Source: an uncultured Thermoplasmatales archaeon
Lineage (GTDB): Archaea > Thermoplasmatota > E2 > DHVEG-1
Direction of reading: 5' to 3'
DNA: 64,000 nt
Assembly (NCBI GenBank): GCA_964615235.1
Contig: CAZTMK010000001.1
Location: 6,987-70,986, forward strand
Shown here: positions 1-10,363 of the stretch, in pieces
Layout: every line of letters begins with the position of its first letter
Position numbering within the stretch: the stretch's first letter is position 1
The notes under the pieces: generated by a model
What the model was told of the DNA's origin: nothing
The model's input: the letters and a program-made list of their open reading frames with translations, nothing else
Database searches by the model: none
Program-made: the position numbers and the translations under genes

Positions 1-1460
1 TTAGTTGAGCTAAAATAAAGATCAATGCCGCCAGCAGCAGCATTTATACTATAAAAACCTTCTGAATCAGAATAGGTTTCGTTCCAATATCTTTCCTGCC
101 AACCGCCCCATTCTAGAAAAACATATGCTTTTTCAATCGGATCCTTTGTCTCAGAATCAATTATGAAACCACAAATCTTCGATTTTTCCTGTGGAGCAGG
201 TTCTAATGTAAAATTAATCCACTTAATTTCATTTTCCTGAACGGTGAGATGTTGTGATCTTTTCTGCATATATCCTTTGCTACTAGCAAACATCATTATT
301 GCACCGGGGGCTACCTCAATGCAATAATAACCTGATGTGTCAGAAATTGTTTCGTTCCTGTAACCCCAATAATCACCACTAATAACTTCGATGACAGCAT
401 TTTCAATAGGCTGGAACGTAGTATTATCAGTAACGTACCCACAGATTTTTGCATTTCCAGAAAAAGAGGTTTCATGGTAACTCTGATTTTTTATAAATTC
501 TTTCTCATATTTGTTTTTACTGGCGTCTGATTCAATATTGCTTGTTAATAAGGGAAGTTCACCAGGAAAACCGTCATACATTGTCGGATGTTGCATTTTA
601 GCTCTTGGTTCGGTATAGAAAAATGCTTCCTCTGCCGAAATTACGCCATCATCATTACTATCTCCATAACCTCTCAGTCCATCTATTAGATATGGCGCAA
701 AACCACCTGAGTAGGAGACCTCGTCTTCTCGAGATGCCATAAGAACTACTCGTCCTTGACCACTTACATCTTCTAAAAAGCCTTCCATCAAATCTGAAAC
801 AGGTTTTGTATTTTCTGATTTTATTGAATTAAATCTTCTATTAATGATATTCATATTCGGCGAATCGTTAAATCCACCAGCATAACAACTATCAACTATG
901 AGACAAACACCATAGGATTCTAGCAAGTTTAGATAGAAATTCAGTTCATCATCCCAGATATAAAGATTGGGATACGCAAAACCCCAGAAGCTTACTAGCG
1001 CTTCATCAGTTCCATCGGCCTCATCAAATGGGGGTATATCCAATCCCAAGGGAAAACCGTGTGTGGTAATATAAACTACTGAAATATCATTTTCGTCCTC
1101 CTTTTCATCCAACCACTTTAATCCCTCTATTATATTAATTATAGTTGCATCTTCACCTTTTATAACTTTTATATGATCCTCTTGCCACCAAGGACATTCC
1201 AATAGTACATCATAGAAATCATCAACTTCTTCCAGCATAAGAGGTCGATTTTGCTGTGGGTCATCAGCGTATACAGCAACAGCTATTAGTAACGCCCAAT
1301 ATTCTGTGTTTGTATTTTCATTATTCGTAACATTTTCATAATTTGTTGACGAGTCAATGTTAACGGTGGATATGACACTCGTAATTGGAAATATTAAAGT
1401 TCCAATATACACAATTACTAAAACAAATACAATACTTTTTCTCCACAACTTTTTTTCCAT
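1..1460 (-). CDS. Secreted clan-CD cysteine peptidase (legumain/clostripain-like); C-terminus runs off the window edge
   Basis: Read on the minus strand, the start codon is ATG (plus-strand coordinates 1458-1460) with a GGTGAT Shine-Dalgarno-like motif upstream. The N-terminus MEKKLWRKSIVFVLVIVYIGTLIFPI looks like a signal peptide or anchor. A His-Gly motif (TTHGFP) and a Cys motif (IVDSCYAGG) match the catalytic dyad of clan CD. Two C-terminal repeats of about 85 aa (KICGYVTD... and KICGFIID...) resemble carboxypeptidase-regulatory-like beta-sandwich domains. The frame stays open past position 1, so this ORF is absent from the supplied track. Confidence 0.55.
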   Translation of the reverse strand, partial: MEKKLWRKSIVFVLVIVYIGTLIFPITSVISTVNIDSSTNYENVTNNENTNTEYWALLIAVAVYADDPQQNRPLMLEEVDDFYDVLLECPWWQEDHIKVIKGEDATIINIIEGLKWLDEKEDENDISVVYITTHGFPLGLDIPPFDEADGTDEALVSFWGFAYPNLYIWDDELNFYLNLLESYGVCLIVDSCYAGGFNDSPNMNIINRRFNSIKSENTKPVSDLMEGFLEDVSGQGRVVLMASREDEVSYSGGFAPYLIDGLRGYGDSNDDGVISAEEAFFYTEPRAKMQHPTMYDGFPGELPLLTSNIESDASKNKYEKEFIKNQSYHETSFSGNAKICGYVTDNTTFQPIENAVIEVISGDYWGYRNETISDTSGYYCIEVAPGAIMMFASSKGYMQKRSQHLTVQENEIKWINFTLEPAPQEKSKICGFIIDSETKDPIEKAYVFLEWGGWQERYWNETYSDSEGFYSINAAAGGIDLYFSST

Positions 1461-2131
1461 TTTTATCACCATTTATTATCTAAATTACCTTTTTAAAAAT
1501 CTGTTACCATCAATATTTGAAACAAATTACATGAATTATTGCTCTCGTTTTTGGAATCGGTATCATAGTATCATAATCATATATTCGTTTAGGATACTCA
1601 TAAAATGTTCCCCGTATAGGAAACAATTCAAGATCAGTTATGTTATTAGAATGTTCTAAAAAATAAAAATTATTTAAAATAAAAGCTATTAATGATGCAA
1701 TATAAGATAAAGCAATTATCTCTTTATTTATTTTATTTTGCCCCCTTGCATATTATGATGGGATTATTTATATATAAAGATTATTTCCAATTTATTACCA
1801 ATTCAGTCAAATTCCTAACAACGAACCATAAGATAGACCTCTAAATTATTTTGTTAGGAAGGATCATATTCTTCCTTTGTTGGTGTTACATAAATATATT
1901 GGGAAAATTTCCTTTAATGAATTTAACATGGACTTTATGTTCACACCCATTATTGAATTTCGATTATGAAAAAAAAGTTGCTTTTAATAAACATAAGTCT
2001 TGAAAATTACACTAACTTTTTGTCATTTAAAATATTTACAAGTAAGTTGAAGTTACTCCCCAGTTTGGGAACTAAATAATTATACTTTATTTGATAAAAT
2101 ATTTATTTAAAGTATTATTTTCAACTGGCAA

Positions 2132-2755
2132 ATGAAAAATGTTCTAATTTTTGATTATGATGGGGTTATAGTTGATTCTTTAGAAATATTTATGAAAAAT
2201 TTTATTGAGGCTTGTAAAAGAGAAGGGTTTCAAAATATCGCCTCAAAAAAAGAATTTTTAAAACTTTTTGAAAAAAACATGTATGAAAGTATGTTTGAAA
2301 TTGGTATGTCTAAGGAACAGATATTAAGAATTGTAAATTTTATGAAGATTCGATTAATTAAAAACCAAAATAAAATTAATTTATTTCCAGGTATCAAAGA
2401 AACTATCGAAAGTTTATCAAAAAATAATATTTTAGTAATTGTAACTTCCAACGAATCAAGTGTCGTCGAAAATTTCTTGAAATCAAAGGATATCCACAAA
2501 TTCAATAAAATAATGGGTTCCGAAAAAGAGGCCAGTAAGATTGCTAAAATTGAAAAGATTAAAACTGACTTTAAGGTTAAAAATTACTATTATATCGGGG
2601 ATACCATAGGTGACATAATTGAAGGTAAACAAGCTAAAGTCAAAACAGTCGGTGTTTCCTGGGGGTGGCATCCAAGAATTAAATTAAATGAGGCTAGACC
2701 AGACTTTTTAATTAGTATTCCTAACGATTTATTAAAAATTCTAAATAATAATTAA
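2132..2755 (+). CDS. HAD-superfamily hydrolase (phosphatase-like)
   Basis: N-terminal DxDG motif (IFDYDGVIVDS) and later SNES.. and GD.IGDI motifs typical of HAD phosphatases. Confidence 0.5.
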   Translation: MKNVLIFDYDGVIVDSLEIFMKNFIEACKREGFQNIASKKEFLKLFEKNMYESMFEIGMSKEQILRIVNFMKIRLIKNQNKINLFPGIKETIESLSKNNILVIVTSNESSVVENFLKSKDIHKFNKIMGSEKEASKIAKIEKIKTDFKVKNYYYIGDTIGDIIEGKQAKVKTVGVSWGWHPRIKLNEARPDFLISIPNDLLKILNNN

Positions 2756-2797
2756 CTTTGGTTATATATAAAAGTATTAACTAGATATTTGAAAATC

Positions 2798-3685
2798 TCA
2801 CTCCAATCTATAGCGAACAATCCATTGTGCCTTTCTGACCCAATTAAATCTACCAAAAAATCTAATCAATCCAAGTTTTTTTATCGGCTCATCAAAGTAA
2901 GTCCAATCATCCAAAAATCTAATTCCATCTCCCCATTTTTCGAAATCGGTACTCTCGCTAATTCCGAAATTGAATGTTGCTTCTTTTCCCAAATAAAAAT
3001 CTTGTTGGAATTTCTTCTTCCATATTTTATGTTTTAGAACATTAACAATATACGAATTTGCTACTTCAGCTACAAGTTCGCAACTTGGAAATAATTTTTG
3101 TAATTGTAGCATAAGAGATTTAACTTCTTCTTCATGCAGATACATCAAAAGACCTTCTGCAATAAACAAAAAATTATGGTCTTTTTTTTCAGCCAATGGC
3201 TTCATCCAATCAAAATCTAGTACGGATGAAGGGATAAAGTGATATTTATCTGATATATCGAAAAATTTTTTTCTAAGATTTACAACTTCTGGGAAATCAA
3301 GATCATACCATTCAACAACATCATCATCTATCCTGTTATATCTAGTGCTTAGTCCACAACCAAGTTCAACTACAATACAATTTTTATGAGATGTGAGAAA
3401 TTGACCAACGTATTCATCAATTTTTCTGGTTCTCAACGACAATGTTACATTGAGTCTTTTTTGAAGTTTTCCCTCTAGGAGTTTTTTATGTAATTTTGAT
3501 TGTGAATTTTTAAGCATTTCGTTGAGTTTATTTGTAATTTCAATTGCTTTACTGTCGATAATGATAGGATCATCTGTTTTACTTTCTATTGCTCTAGCAT
3601 AAAGTGGTATTAGAAGGGTTTCAGAAATATCTGAAATTTTATTTAACGAATATATGTCCATAAGATAAATCGAAAAAATTATCAT
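2798..3685 (-). CDS. Class I SAM-dependent methyltransferase, LCM/TcmP-like family
   Basis: YARA..ES motif near the N-terminus and motif I VVELGCGLSTR. Confidence 0.5.
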   Translation of the reverse strand: MIIFSIYLMDIYSLNKISDISETLLIPLYARAIESKTDDPIIIDSKAIEITNKLNEMLKNSQSKLHKKLLEGKLQKRLNVTLSLRTRKIDEYVGQFLTSHKNCIVVELGCGLSTRYNRIDDDVVEWYDLDFPEVVNLRKKFFDISDKYHFIPSSVLDFDWMKPLAEKKDHNFLFIAEGLLMYLHEEEVKSLMLQLQKLFPSCELVAEVANSYIVNVLKHKIWKKKFQQDFYLGKEATFNFGISESTDFEKWGDGIRFLDDWTYFDEPIKKLGLIRFFGRFNWVRKAQWIVRYRLE

Positions 3686-4162
3686 TGGTTAAATAAGTTT
3701 TACTAAAATTTTTATAAAATATCAGCATATACTTCACTAAAAATATATTGTGAGGGAATTTTGGGGCTATCGGTAAAACATTATAATTGTCAAATAAAGT
3801 AAATCTGGTAATTGAAATATGCCCCAATTATAACCAAGTATGGAGCTGAGATGGTTTCATCCAGATCCCTGTATTTGCATTTATATGTCTTTCCTCCTAT
3901 TCTCTCACCAGTATGTAAATAAGTTACTACTTTATAAGTTTTCTTAAATTTTTTACATTTATTAATTTACTTTTTTTATTTATAATGTTTTTATAAAAAA
4001 TTTAATCAATTATTAGCAACTTATAAATAATTAACATTTTAAAAGAATTTTAAAATATCTCAAAAAATTAAAGAAAATTGGAATTGATATTTTCAGCAAT
4101 TGACGAAATTTTTTTGGATACTCTTAAATATTTCAAAGTATAAATAAAACATTGGTGTTTAA

Positions 4163-4291
4163 ATGATTGACCTTAGATGCAAAATCTGTAATGCAAAGTT
4201 TACTACTAGGGTAAAAATTTGCCCCTTTTGTGGCGGGGATGTAGAAATAATATTAGATAATTTGTATAAACCTACTAGTGTGAGCCATTAA
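4163..4291 (+). CDS. Small zinc-ribbon protein (42 aa)
   Basis: MIDLRCKICNAKF...CPFCGG carries two CxxC pairs. Too short for the ORF track. Sits in a long AT-rich spacer. Confidence 0.3.
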   Translation: MIDLRCKICNAKFTTRVKICPFCGGDVEIILDNLYKPTSVSH

Positions 4292-4371
4292 ATTTTTCTC
4301 CATTCTTTGCTAAGATCTAAATTTAAAAAAAACAATAAATTATTAGAGTTATTACATACTTTTTCGATTTA

Positions 4372-5706
4372 TCAGCAATTAGCAACAACTTTTTTACTGT
4401 CATTTATCGATACCTTCTTCGAAAGAAGATCTTTAACAAAATTGGGCAAGACAAATGATGAATTATGAATTTCTGGGTTATAGTATCTAAGTTTATGTTG
4501 TCTTATAAAATCATTTGCATGTTTAAAATCTAAATTATTAATTGGATGTAAGCAGCCTTTAGAACAATATGAAAAACTCCACATACCCGAAGGATAAGTT
4601 GGGATGAATGCAAGATAACAGTGTACATTATTTTTTCCAAAAATTTGTCTGTAACACCTGTAAATTTCTTGAAAAACTCTTGTATTAAATTCAGGGGATT
4701 CACTTTGAGTTACCATAATACCATCTGAACGTAAGCATCTGTAAACATCACTGTAAAATGATGGTTTGAACAAACCTTCCGCGGGCCCAACAGGATCAGT
4801 AGAGTCAACAATTACAACATCATATTGATTCTTTGGACAGTTTTTAACAAATTCAATCCCATCCTGAATGTAAATATTGAGTTTTGGATGGTTTAATGTA
4901 GAAGAGATTTTAGGTAGCAACTTTTTACTTGCCTCAATTACTACTTCGTCAATTTCTACCATGTCTACTTGATTTACTGATTCATGTCTGAGAATTTCAC
5001 GTGCAACACCTCCATCTCCTCCTCCAATTATTAAAATATTTTCTGGGTTTGGATGAGTGAGTAAAGGAACGTGAGAAATCATTTCGTGATATATGTATTC
5101 GTCCTTTTCTGTAGTCATTATCATGCCATCAAGTGTTAATGTTTTGCCGTAAGCACAAGTATCAATGATCTCAACCTTCTGATAAGGAGATTTTTTTGAA
5201 AAAAGAACATCTCCCGAATGACGTAATGATAAAGCTATATCGTCATTTCGTTCGGTAAACCATATATTCCTATTATAAGTTGGTTGTTTACTTTTTTTAC
5301 TTGCATAATCCCTCACATCTGGAGTGTTTAAAGAAATTTTATTTAAATGGTGAAGTTGCCCTCTTTGCAATTCAATACTGGAAATATGTTCAGCATCAAA
5401 TTCTTCTTTAAGATGATCAAATGATATCCAAGGATTGATAGTGTCTCCACATGTAAATAAATCGATACTTGCAAATTTATATTCGGGCCATGTGTGGATT
5501 GAAAGATGGCTTTGCTCTATAACCACAACCCCTGAAATTCCAAAAGGCGAAAAATGGTGAAAAGTAACATTTATTATCGTTGCTCCAGCCAACTTAGCGG
5601 CTTTAACCATACTTTTTTCTATATGGGAAACATCGTTTATTTTATCGGGGGAACAATTGTAGAACTCAGCTATTACATGTCGGCCTAATGCCTCCATATC
5701 TAACAC
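4372..5706 (-). CDS. Fusion protein: pyruvoyl-dependent S-adenosylmethionine decarboxylase (SpeH) N-terminal domain plus spermidine synthase (SpeE) C-terminal domain
   Basis: The N-terminal roughly 120 aa match archaeal SpeH, with the VVIEQSHLSIHTWPEY...DLFTCG self-cleavage and active-site region. The C-terminal part carries the spermidine synthase GGGDGG nucleotide-binding motif (ILIIGGGDGGVAREI) and DSTDPVGPA. Confidence 0.65.
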   Translation of the reverse strand: MLDMEALGRHVIAEFYNCSPDKINDVSHIEKSMVKAAKLAGATIINVTFHHFSPFGISGVVVIEQSHLSIHTWPEYKFASIDLFTCGDTINPWISFDHLKEEFDAEHISSIELQRGQLHHLNKISLNTPDVRDYASKKSKQPTYNRNIWFTERNDDIALSLRHSGDVLFSKKSPYQKVEIIDTCAYGKTLTLDGMIMTTEKDEYIYHEMISHVPLLTHPNPENILIIGGGDGGVAREILRHESVNQVDMVEIDEVVIEASKKLLPKISSTLNHPKLNIYIQDGIEFVKNCPKNQYDVVIVDSTDPVGPAEGLFKPSFYSDVYRCLRSDGIMVTQSESPEFNTRVFQEIYRCYRQIFGKNNVHCYLAFIPTYPSGMWSFSYCSKGCLHPINNLDFKHANDFIRQHKLRYYNPEIHNSSFVLPNFVKDLLSKKVSINDSKKVVANC

Positions 5707-5782
5707 CTTCTAGAATTTATTAAGCAGGGGTTGTAATTTTTATATTATTTAAAAATTTTTGGTGAAAAATTATGGTTTGTTT

Positions 5783-8020
5783 TCATAATGCAATACGTTT
5801 ATTTAACAACGTTCTTCCTTTTTCAGTTAAATGTAAAGTTTTTAATCTGCCTTGTTTTTTAATATACAAAAGCCCTAAATTTTCTAAAATTTTCAACCTT
5901 TTATTTGTAGTCGCACGTACAATAGAAAATTGACTGCTTATTTTTTTATATGAAATAACTGTATTATTTGCGCTTTGAGTATATACATAATTAAGAATTG
6001 AAAATAAATTGTCATCGATTTGAATATCTTCAATTTTTTGACTAGGTAAAAATTGACACTCCTGCTCAATAATTGTTTGTTGTTTTTTGTCTAGTAATTC
6101 CGGAATTATACGAATTAAAAGAATTGATTTGTGTTTCAAAATAATGTTGTTAATTCTGTACAAAGTTTTAACAAAGTTATCAAAAGAAAAATTTGAAATA
6201 AGAAAATCAACCCTATCCAATAAAACTACTGCATTTCGATACTTTTTGCAAAATTCCTCGATTTTTCTCTCCAACGATTCTAAATTACAAATATTATCAA
6301 AATTATTTATTTTTTGATATGACAAAAAAGCAACCTCTATGTTAGGAGATTCGGCCAAATCATGTTTTTCTCCAGGTTTATATCTTGTAACAAAAAATCC
6401 GTGATATTGTGCACGGGCAACATCTATTAACAAATTGACTGCTGAAATGTTAGTTTTATCATATATTAAGTAACTGTTTCCCTGGATTAATTTGCCATGG
6501 GAACCTATGTCTCTTGTAATGTCTTTTCCAAGAATTAGTACCCCCTTTATTTGATTTTCATTACCCTTTATTGCTGATAATGAACAGCGGATTATTTTTT
6601 TATCACCTTTATTAGTAATTAAAATAAGTTCATCAAATTTTGTTGAGTTCTCTTTTAAAATAGAGCCGATTGCCTCCTTTAATTCCACAAAATTGGCAAC
6701 AATATTTAATTGACTGAGTGACTTCCCAATAACTTGCTTCTGGCTTAGACCAGCCAACAATTCTGATGTTTTATTCCAAAGTGTAACCTTGAGATTTTTA
6801 TCAACAGATATAATAATCTCAGATGCGCTATTAATAATGTTTTGTAAATAATCCTTAGTTTGAATTATCTCCTCTTCAGCTTTTTTATAATCAGTGATGT
6901 CTTCTCCAGAACTTAAAATTCCATTTATATTGCCAGATGTATCTCTAATTATAGTATTGTACCATCTAATTAACCTTAAATCTCCCCTCCTTGTAACTAT
7001 AGGATTAATATAATGTTCAACAGAGCCTGTTTTTCCATTAATTAACTCAGAAAATACTTTCTTCAATTCTATCATGTTGTTTTTTGGGATAAAATTGTCA
7101 AACCAATTCTTGCCAATAATTTCACTAGATTTATATCCCAATATTTCCTGACCTTTTTTGTTAATAATTACAATGTTACCATCCGTATCAAGTGCAAGTA
7201 TTACACTTCCTGCAAGATTGAGATATCTCTCTGCTGATTCCTTTTCTTTTCTTAATTCCTCTTGGTTTTTATTTTTGTCTGTAATATCGATGAATGATGC
7301 CATATAACATAACGGATTGTTCTTATCATCCCTTACCGTGTTAGCAGATAGTTGAACATCAAAAGTCGATCCGTCTTTTTTTTCAGCTTTGAGTTCCCCA
7401 ACCCATACACCTTTTTCAAGGATAGTGTCTAACATGTGTATTGCATGTCCCTTCATTCGCCAGAATTTTATTGCCGGTTTACCTACTACTTCATCTCTAT
7501 TATAGCCCCACATTTTAAGGAATGACTCATTAACATAGATTATTTCACCATTTAAATCGGCAATAAAAATCGCGTTTATGGAGGAATCTATTGCGCTTTC
7601 CTTAATTTTCAATTCTTTTTCAATCTTTTTTCTCTCTGTAATATCTAAAAAAACACAATGGGCTCTTACAAATCCGCCACTTTCATCTTTTTCAATTTCG
7701 CCAAATAATAAGACGGTTATTTCGCTGCCATCCTTTTTTACCATTTTGAATTCGATATTATCGGCTCGACCTTTCCTTTTGAAGATTGAAAAAAATTTTT
7801 CGAATTTTTCGACTTCATCGTTTGATAAAAAATCTCCAAACCATTTTTCTATTACCTCCTCCCGATCATAACCTAAAAACTCAAGCATATAATTGTTTAC
7901 ATCTATCAAATATCCATTTTTATTTAGAGACTGATATGGGATCAGAGTATGTTCAAATAAATTTCTTGAAGCATATCTTGCATTGGATATCTTTTCAGAA
8001 AAATATTTTTGACTTCTCAT
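5783..8020 (-). CDS. Multi-PAS sensor regulator: 4 PAS domains, a DUF835-like domain and a C-terminal winged HTH
   Basis: Four repeated PAS-like blocks (for example IFIADLNGEIIYVNESFLKMWGY), a KaiC/RecA-derived DUF835-like region, and a C-terminal HTH (KRLKILENLGLLYIKKQGR). Confidence 0.5.
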   Translation of the reverse strand: MRSQKYFSEKISNARYASRNLFEHTLIPYQSLNKNGYLIDVNNYMLEFLGYDREEVIEKWFGDFLSNDEVEKFEKFFSIFKRKGRADNIEFKMVKKDGSEITVLLFGEIEKDESGGFVRAHCVFLDITERKKIEKELKIKESAIDSSINAIFIADLNGEIIYVNESFLKMWGYNRDEVVGKPAIKFWRMKGHAIHMLDTILEKGVWVGELKAEKKDGSTFDVQLSANTVRDDKNNPLCYMASFIDITDKNKNQEELRKEKESAERYLNLAGSVILALDTDGNIVIINKKGQEILGYKSSEIIGKNWFDNFIPKNNMIELKKVFSELINGKTGSVEHYINPIVTRRGDLRLIRWYNTIIRDTSGNINGILSSGEDITDYKKAEEEIIQTKDYLQNIINSASEIIISVDKNLKVTLWNKTSELLAGLSQKQVIGKSLSQLNIVANFVELKEAIGSILKENSTKFDELILITNKGDKKIIRCSLSAIKGNENQIKGVLILGKDITRDIGSHGKLIQGNSYLIYDKTNISAVNLLIDVARAQYHGFFVTRYKPGEKHDLAESPNIEVAFLSYQKINNFDNICNLESLERKIEEFCKKYRNAVVLLDRVDFLISNFSFDNFVKTLYRINNIILKHKSILLIRIIPELLDKKQQTIIEQECQFLPSQKIEDIQIDDNLFSILNYVYTQSANNTVISYKKISSQFSIVRATTNKRLKILENLGLLYIKKQGRLKTLHLTEKGRTLLNKRIAL

Positions 8021-8695
8021 CTTTTTGATCCCCCCAACCTATATTCTTTATATTATGCCACTTATGTTTTTGTTTTCAAAGCACAATAATCCATCAATCA
8101 GTATATCATAAACACTAAATTTAATAATTTAAATTAATTTAAATTTTTTCATGAAACAAAATTGAATGAATTTAAAATGTTGTGTAAAATATTTATAAAT
8201 TTATAGGAAATAACGACTTTATTACACTCTAGAAATTCTAAATTTTGTTTATATCAAATGATATTATCTAAAATTGTAGTAGGGTGTGGAAGAGAAAGGA
8301 GGAAATATAATTTTTAAATCTAAAAATTTGTAAGAAAATCTCTTCCTCATCACCTCACTACACATCAAAAATAAAAAGTAAAAAATGGTTTATATAAATT
8401 GTTTATAAATAAGTGTTAAAATATGTATAATAAACGTACAAATGAAAAATATATGTTCGTATGAACTCATGATATCTACTTTTTTCTTATTATTATAAGA
8501 ATTTAGAATAAAAATACATACCAAATTATATCAATTCATGAAACGATTTGTACATGTTAATCCAAATTGTCTTACAAAGTAAAAATATCAATACGCCAAT
8601 ATATCTAATCCCATAACATGCATTTATGTGCAATTTTTTAAAAACATTTAAGTCTTAATATTATGTTACTAAAATATAATTTGGGTGTAGAAGTC

Positions 8696-10363
8696 ATGAA
8701 TAAAAAACATATAGCCTTTTTAATTATTGCCACAATATCATTAACTATTATTCCAGGAAACGGCAGTGAAATTAATTTAAAACCTATTCAGACTGATCAA
8801 GTAAATATTATCAAAGATTATGTTGGTGATTCTGAAAACTTATACAAAAATTATGATTATGAAATTTTAGAAAAATGTCCAGTAATGCAAAATCCTCCAC
8901 CATCTTTAGATTCAAAAGAGGCCTCTGGAAAACCTGTGGCAGGTGATCTTCCCGCTGAATTCAATTGGAGAACATTTTTAGGAAAAGACTGGACTACTCC
9001 TGCAAGGCATCAACGTAACTGTGGAAGTTGCTGGGCATTTGCAGTAATTGCTTCCTTGGAAAGTGTAATAAAAATACGCGAAAATTGTTCTGAAATGCAA
9101 ATTGATCTCTCAGAACAATATGTACTTTCTTGTCTTTCTTCGGCAGGTAGTTGCCATGGGGGAAGTGGATATCATGCACTTTTTTACATGAAAGATGCCT
9201 CAGAGAAAGGCAATTATTGTAATGGAATCATACCTGAATCTTGCTTCCCGTATGGGTCTGATGATTCAATTTCTTGCTCAGATAAATGTCTTGATTGGGA
9301 AGATTATTTGATTCCAATATTGGATTTTGGCTTTTTCCGTTCTTCTGGTAGCCTTGATGATATAAACTCAATTAAAACCCGGATAATGGAAAGTGGCCCA
9401 GTTGCAGCACATATCTCTGCAACTAAACTTTTTAGTTATTGGGGACTTATAAATAACAACCCAAGCGACTATTTCCCTTATCTAGGTCCAGGCGGTTTAA
9501 CAAACCATCTTGTATGTATTGTTGGATGGAAAGACGATTCATCCATTGGAAATGGTGGATATTGGGTTTGTAAAAATAGTTGGGGATCTTATTGGGGGTA
9601 TGACGGTTTTTTTAATATCGAATATGGAAGTCTACATATTGATGATTCGATAATACTATGGGTAGATTACGATCCAAATAGCGTTGATTGGCCTCCTGTT
9701 GCCAATGCCGGAAAACCAACAGGTACACAAATTGATGAAAAATTGGTATTTACTGCAGATTCGAGCTTTGATCCTGAAAATAACATTGTCTCATATTCTT
9801 GGGATTTCGGGGATGGCTCAACAATACAGGGCAAGCAAGTAACACATTCATTCTCTCAGCTTGGGACTTATCCTGTAACTTTAACTGTTACAGATGGTGC
9901 CAATCAGTCTGACACAGATGCAATTACTGTTTGGATTCAGGAATCTAATACGCCACCTGAAAAACCTTCTATATATGGAAAGAATAAGGCCGACAAATCG
10001 AAAAGACAGACATACAATTTCACTGCAATTGACCCTGAGGGAAATGACCTGTACTATTATATCGACTGGGGGGATGGTTCATTAGAGGAATGGATCGGAC
10101 CATTCAAATCTGGAGAAATAATTTCTGTCAAACACCGATTTGAAAATGGTGGTATCTACACGATACGTGCAAAAACAAGAGATGTTTTCAATGACGAAAG
10201 CCCCTGGTCAACTATTGAAATTCATCTTTCAAAATTAAAAATTGCCCGAAATCAACCATTTAACATCATATCAAATTTCATCAAAGAAAGTTATCCCAGT
10301 TTCTTTAAAATATTAACAATAGTAATAGAATTATTATGTCAAAAATTCTTTATAAATGTCTAA
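8696..10363 (+). CDS. Secreted papain-like (C1) cysteine peptidase with two C-terminal PKD domains
   Basis: Signal peptide MNKKHIAFLIIATISLTII. Papain catalytic Cys motif QRNCGSCWAF. His/Asn region NHLVCIVGW...NSWG. Two PKD signatures (YSWDFGDGS and YYIDWGDGS). The track ORF starts at 8663; the internal ATG at 8696 is preferred because it precedes the signal peptide. Confidence 0.6.
   Translation: MNKKHIAFLIIATISLTIIPGNGSEINLKPIQTDQVNIIKDYVGDSENLYKNYDYEILEKCPVMQNPPPSLDSKEASGKPVAGDLPAEFNWRTFLGKDWTTPARHQRNCGSCWAFAVIASLESVIKIRENCSEMQIDLSEQYVLSCLSSAGSCHGGSGYHALFYMKDASEKGNYCNGIIPESCFPYGSDDSISCSDKCLDWEDYLIPILDFGFFRSSGSLDDINSIKTRIMESGPVAAHISATKLFSYWGLINNNPSDYFPYLGPGGLTNHLVCIVGWKDDSSIGNGGYWVCKNSWGSYWGYDGFFNIEYGSLHIDDSIILWVDYDPNSVDWPPVANAGKPTGTQIDEKLVFTADSSFDPENNIVSYSWDFGDGSTIQGKQVTHSFSQLGTYPVTLTVTDGANQSDTDAITVWIQESNTPPEKPSIYGKNKADKSKRQTYNFTAIDPEGNDLYYYIDWGDGSLEEWIGPFKSGEIISVKHRFENGGIYTIRAKTRDVFNDESPWSTIEIHLSKLKIARNQPFNIISNFIKESYPSFFKILTIVIELLCQKFFINV

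Noticed and set aside
1-3. The reverse-complement TAA at the window start looked like the stop of the minus-strand peptidase ORF.
   Set aside because: The TAA is in a different frame. The peptidase frame remains open through position 1, so the gene is truncated by the window rather than terminated here.
1357-1659. 100-aa plus-strand ORF from the track.
   Set aside because: Low-complexity, AT-driven translation that overlaps the 5' end and promoter region of the minus-strand peptidase gene. No motif. Judged spurious.
3639-3827. 62-aa minus-strand ORF, and the 66-aa ORF at 17555-17755.
   Set aside because: Both sit in AT-rich spacers with no Shine-Dalgarno motif or recognisable motifs, and their composition is typical of random AT-rich ORFs.
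6087-8028. Antisense or shadow ORFs inside large genes, for example 6087-6317, 7578-7871, 13348-13987, 34269-36292, 43046-43560 and 54755-55461.
   Set aside because: They lie fully inside well-supported genes on the opposite strand or another frame. Their products are low-complexity. Treated as shadow ORFs.
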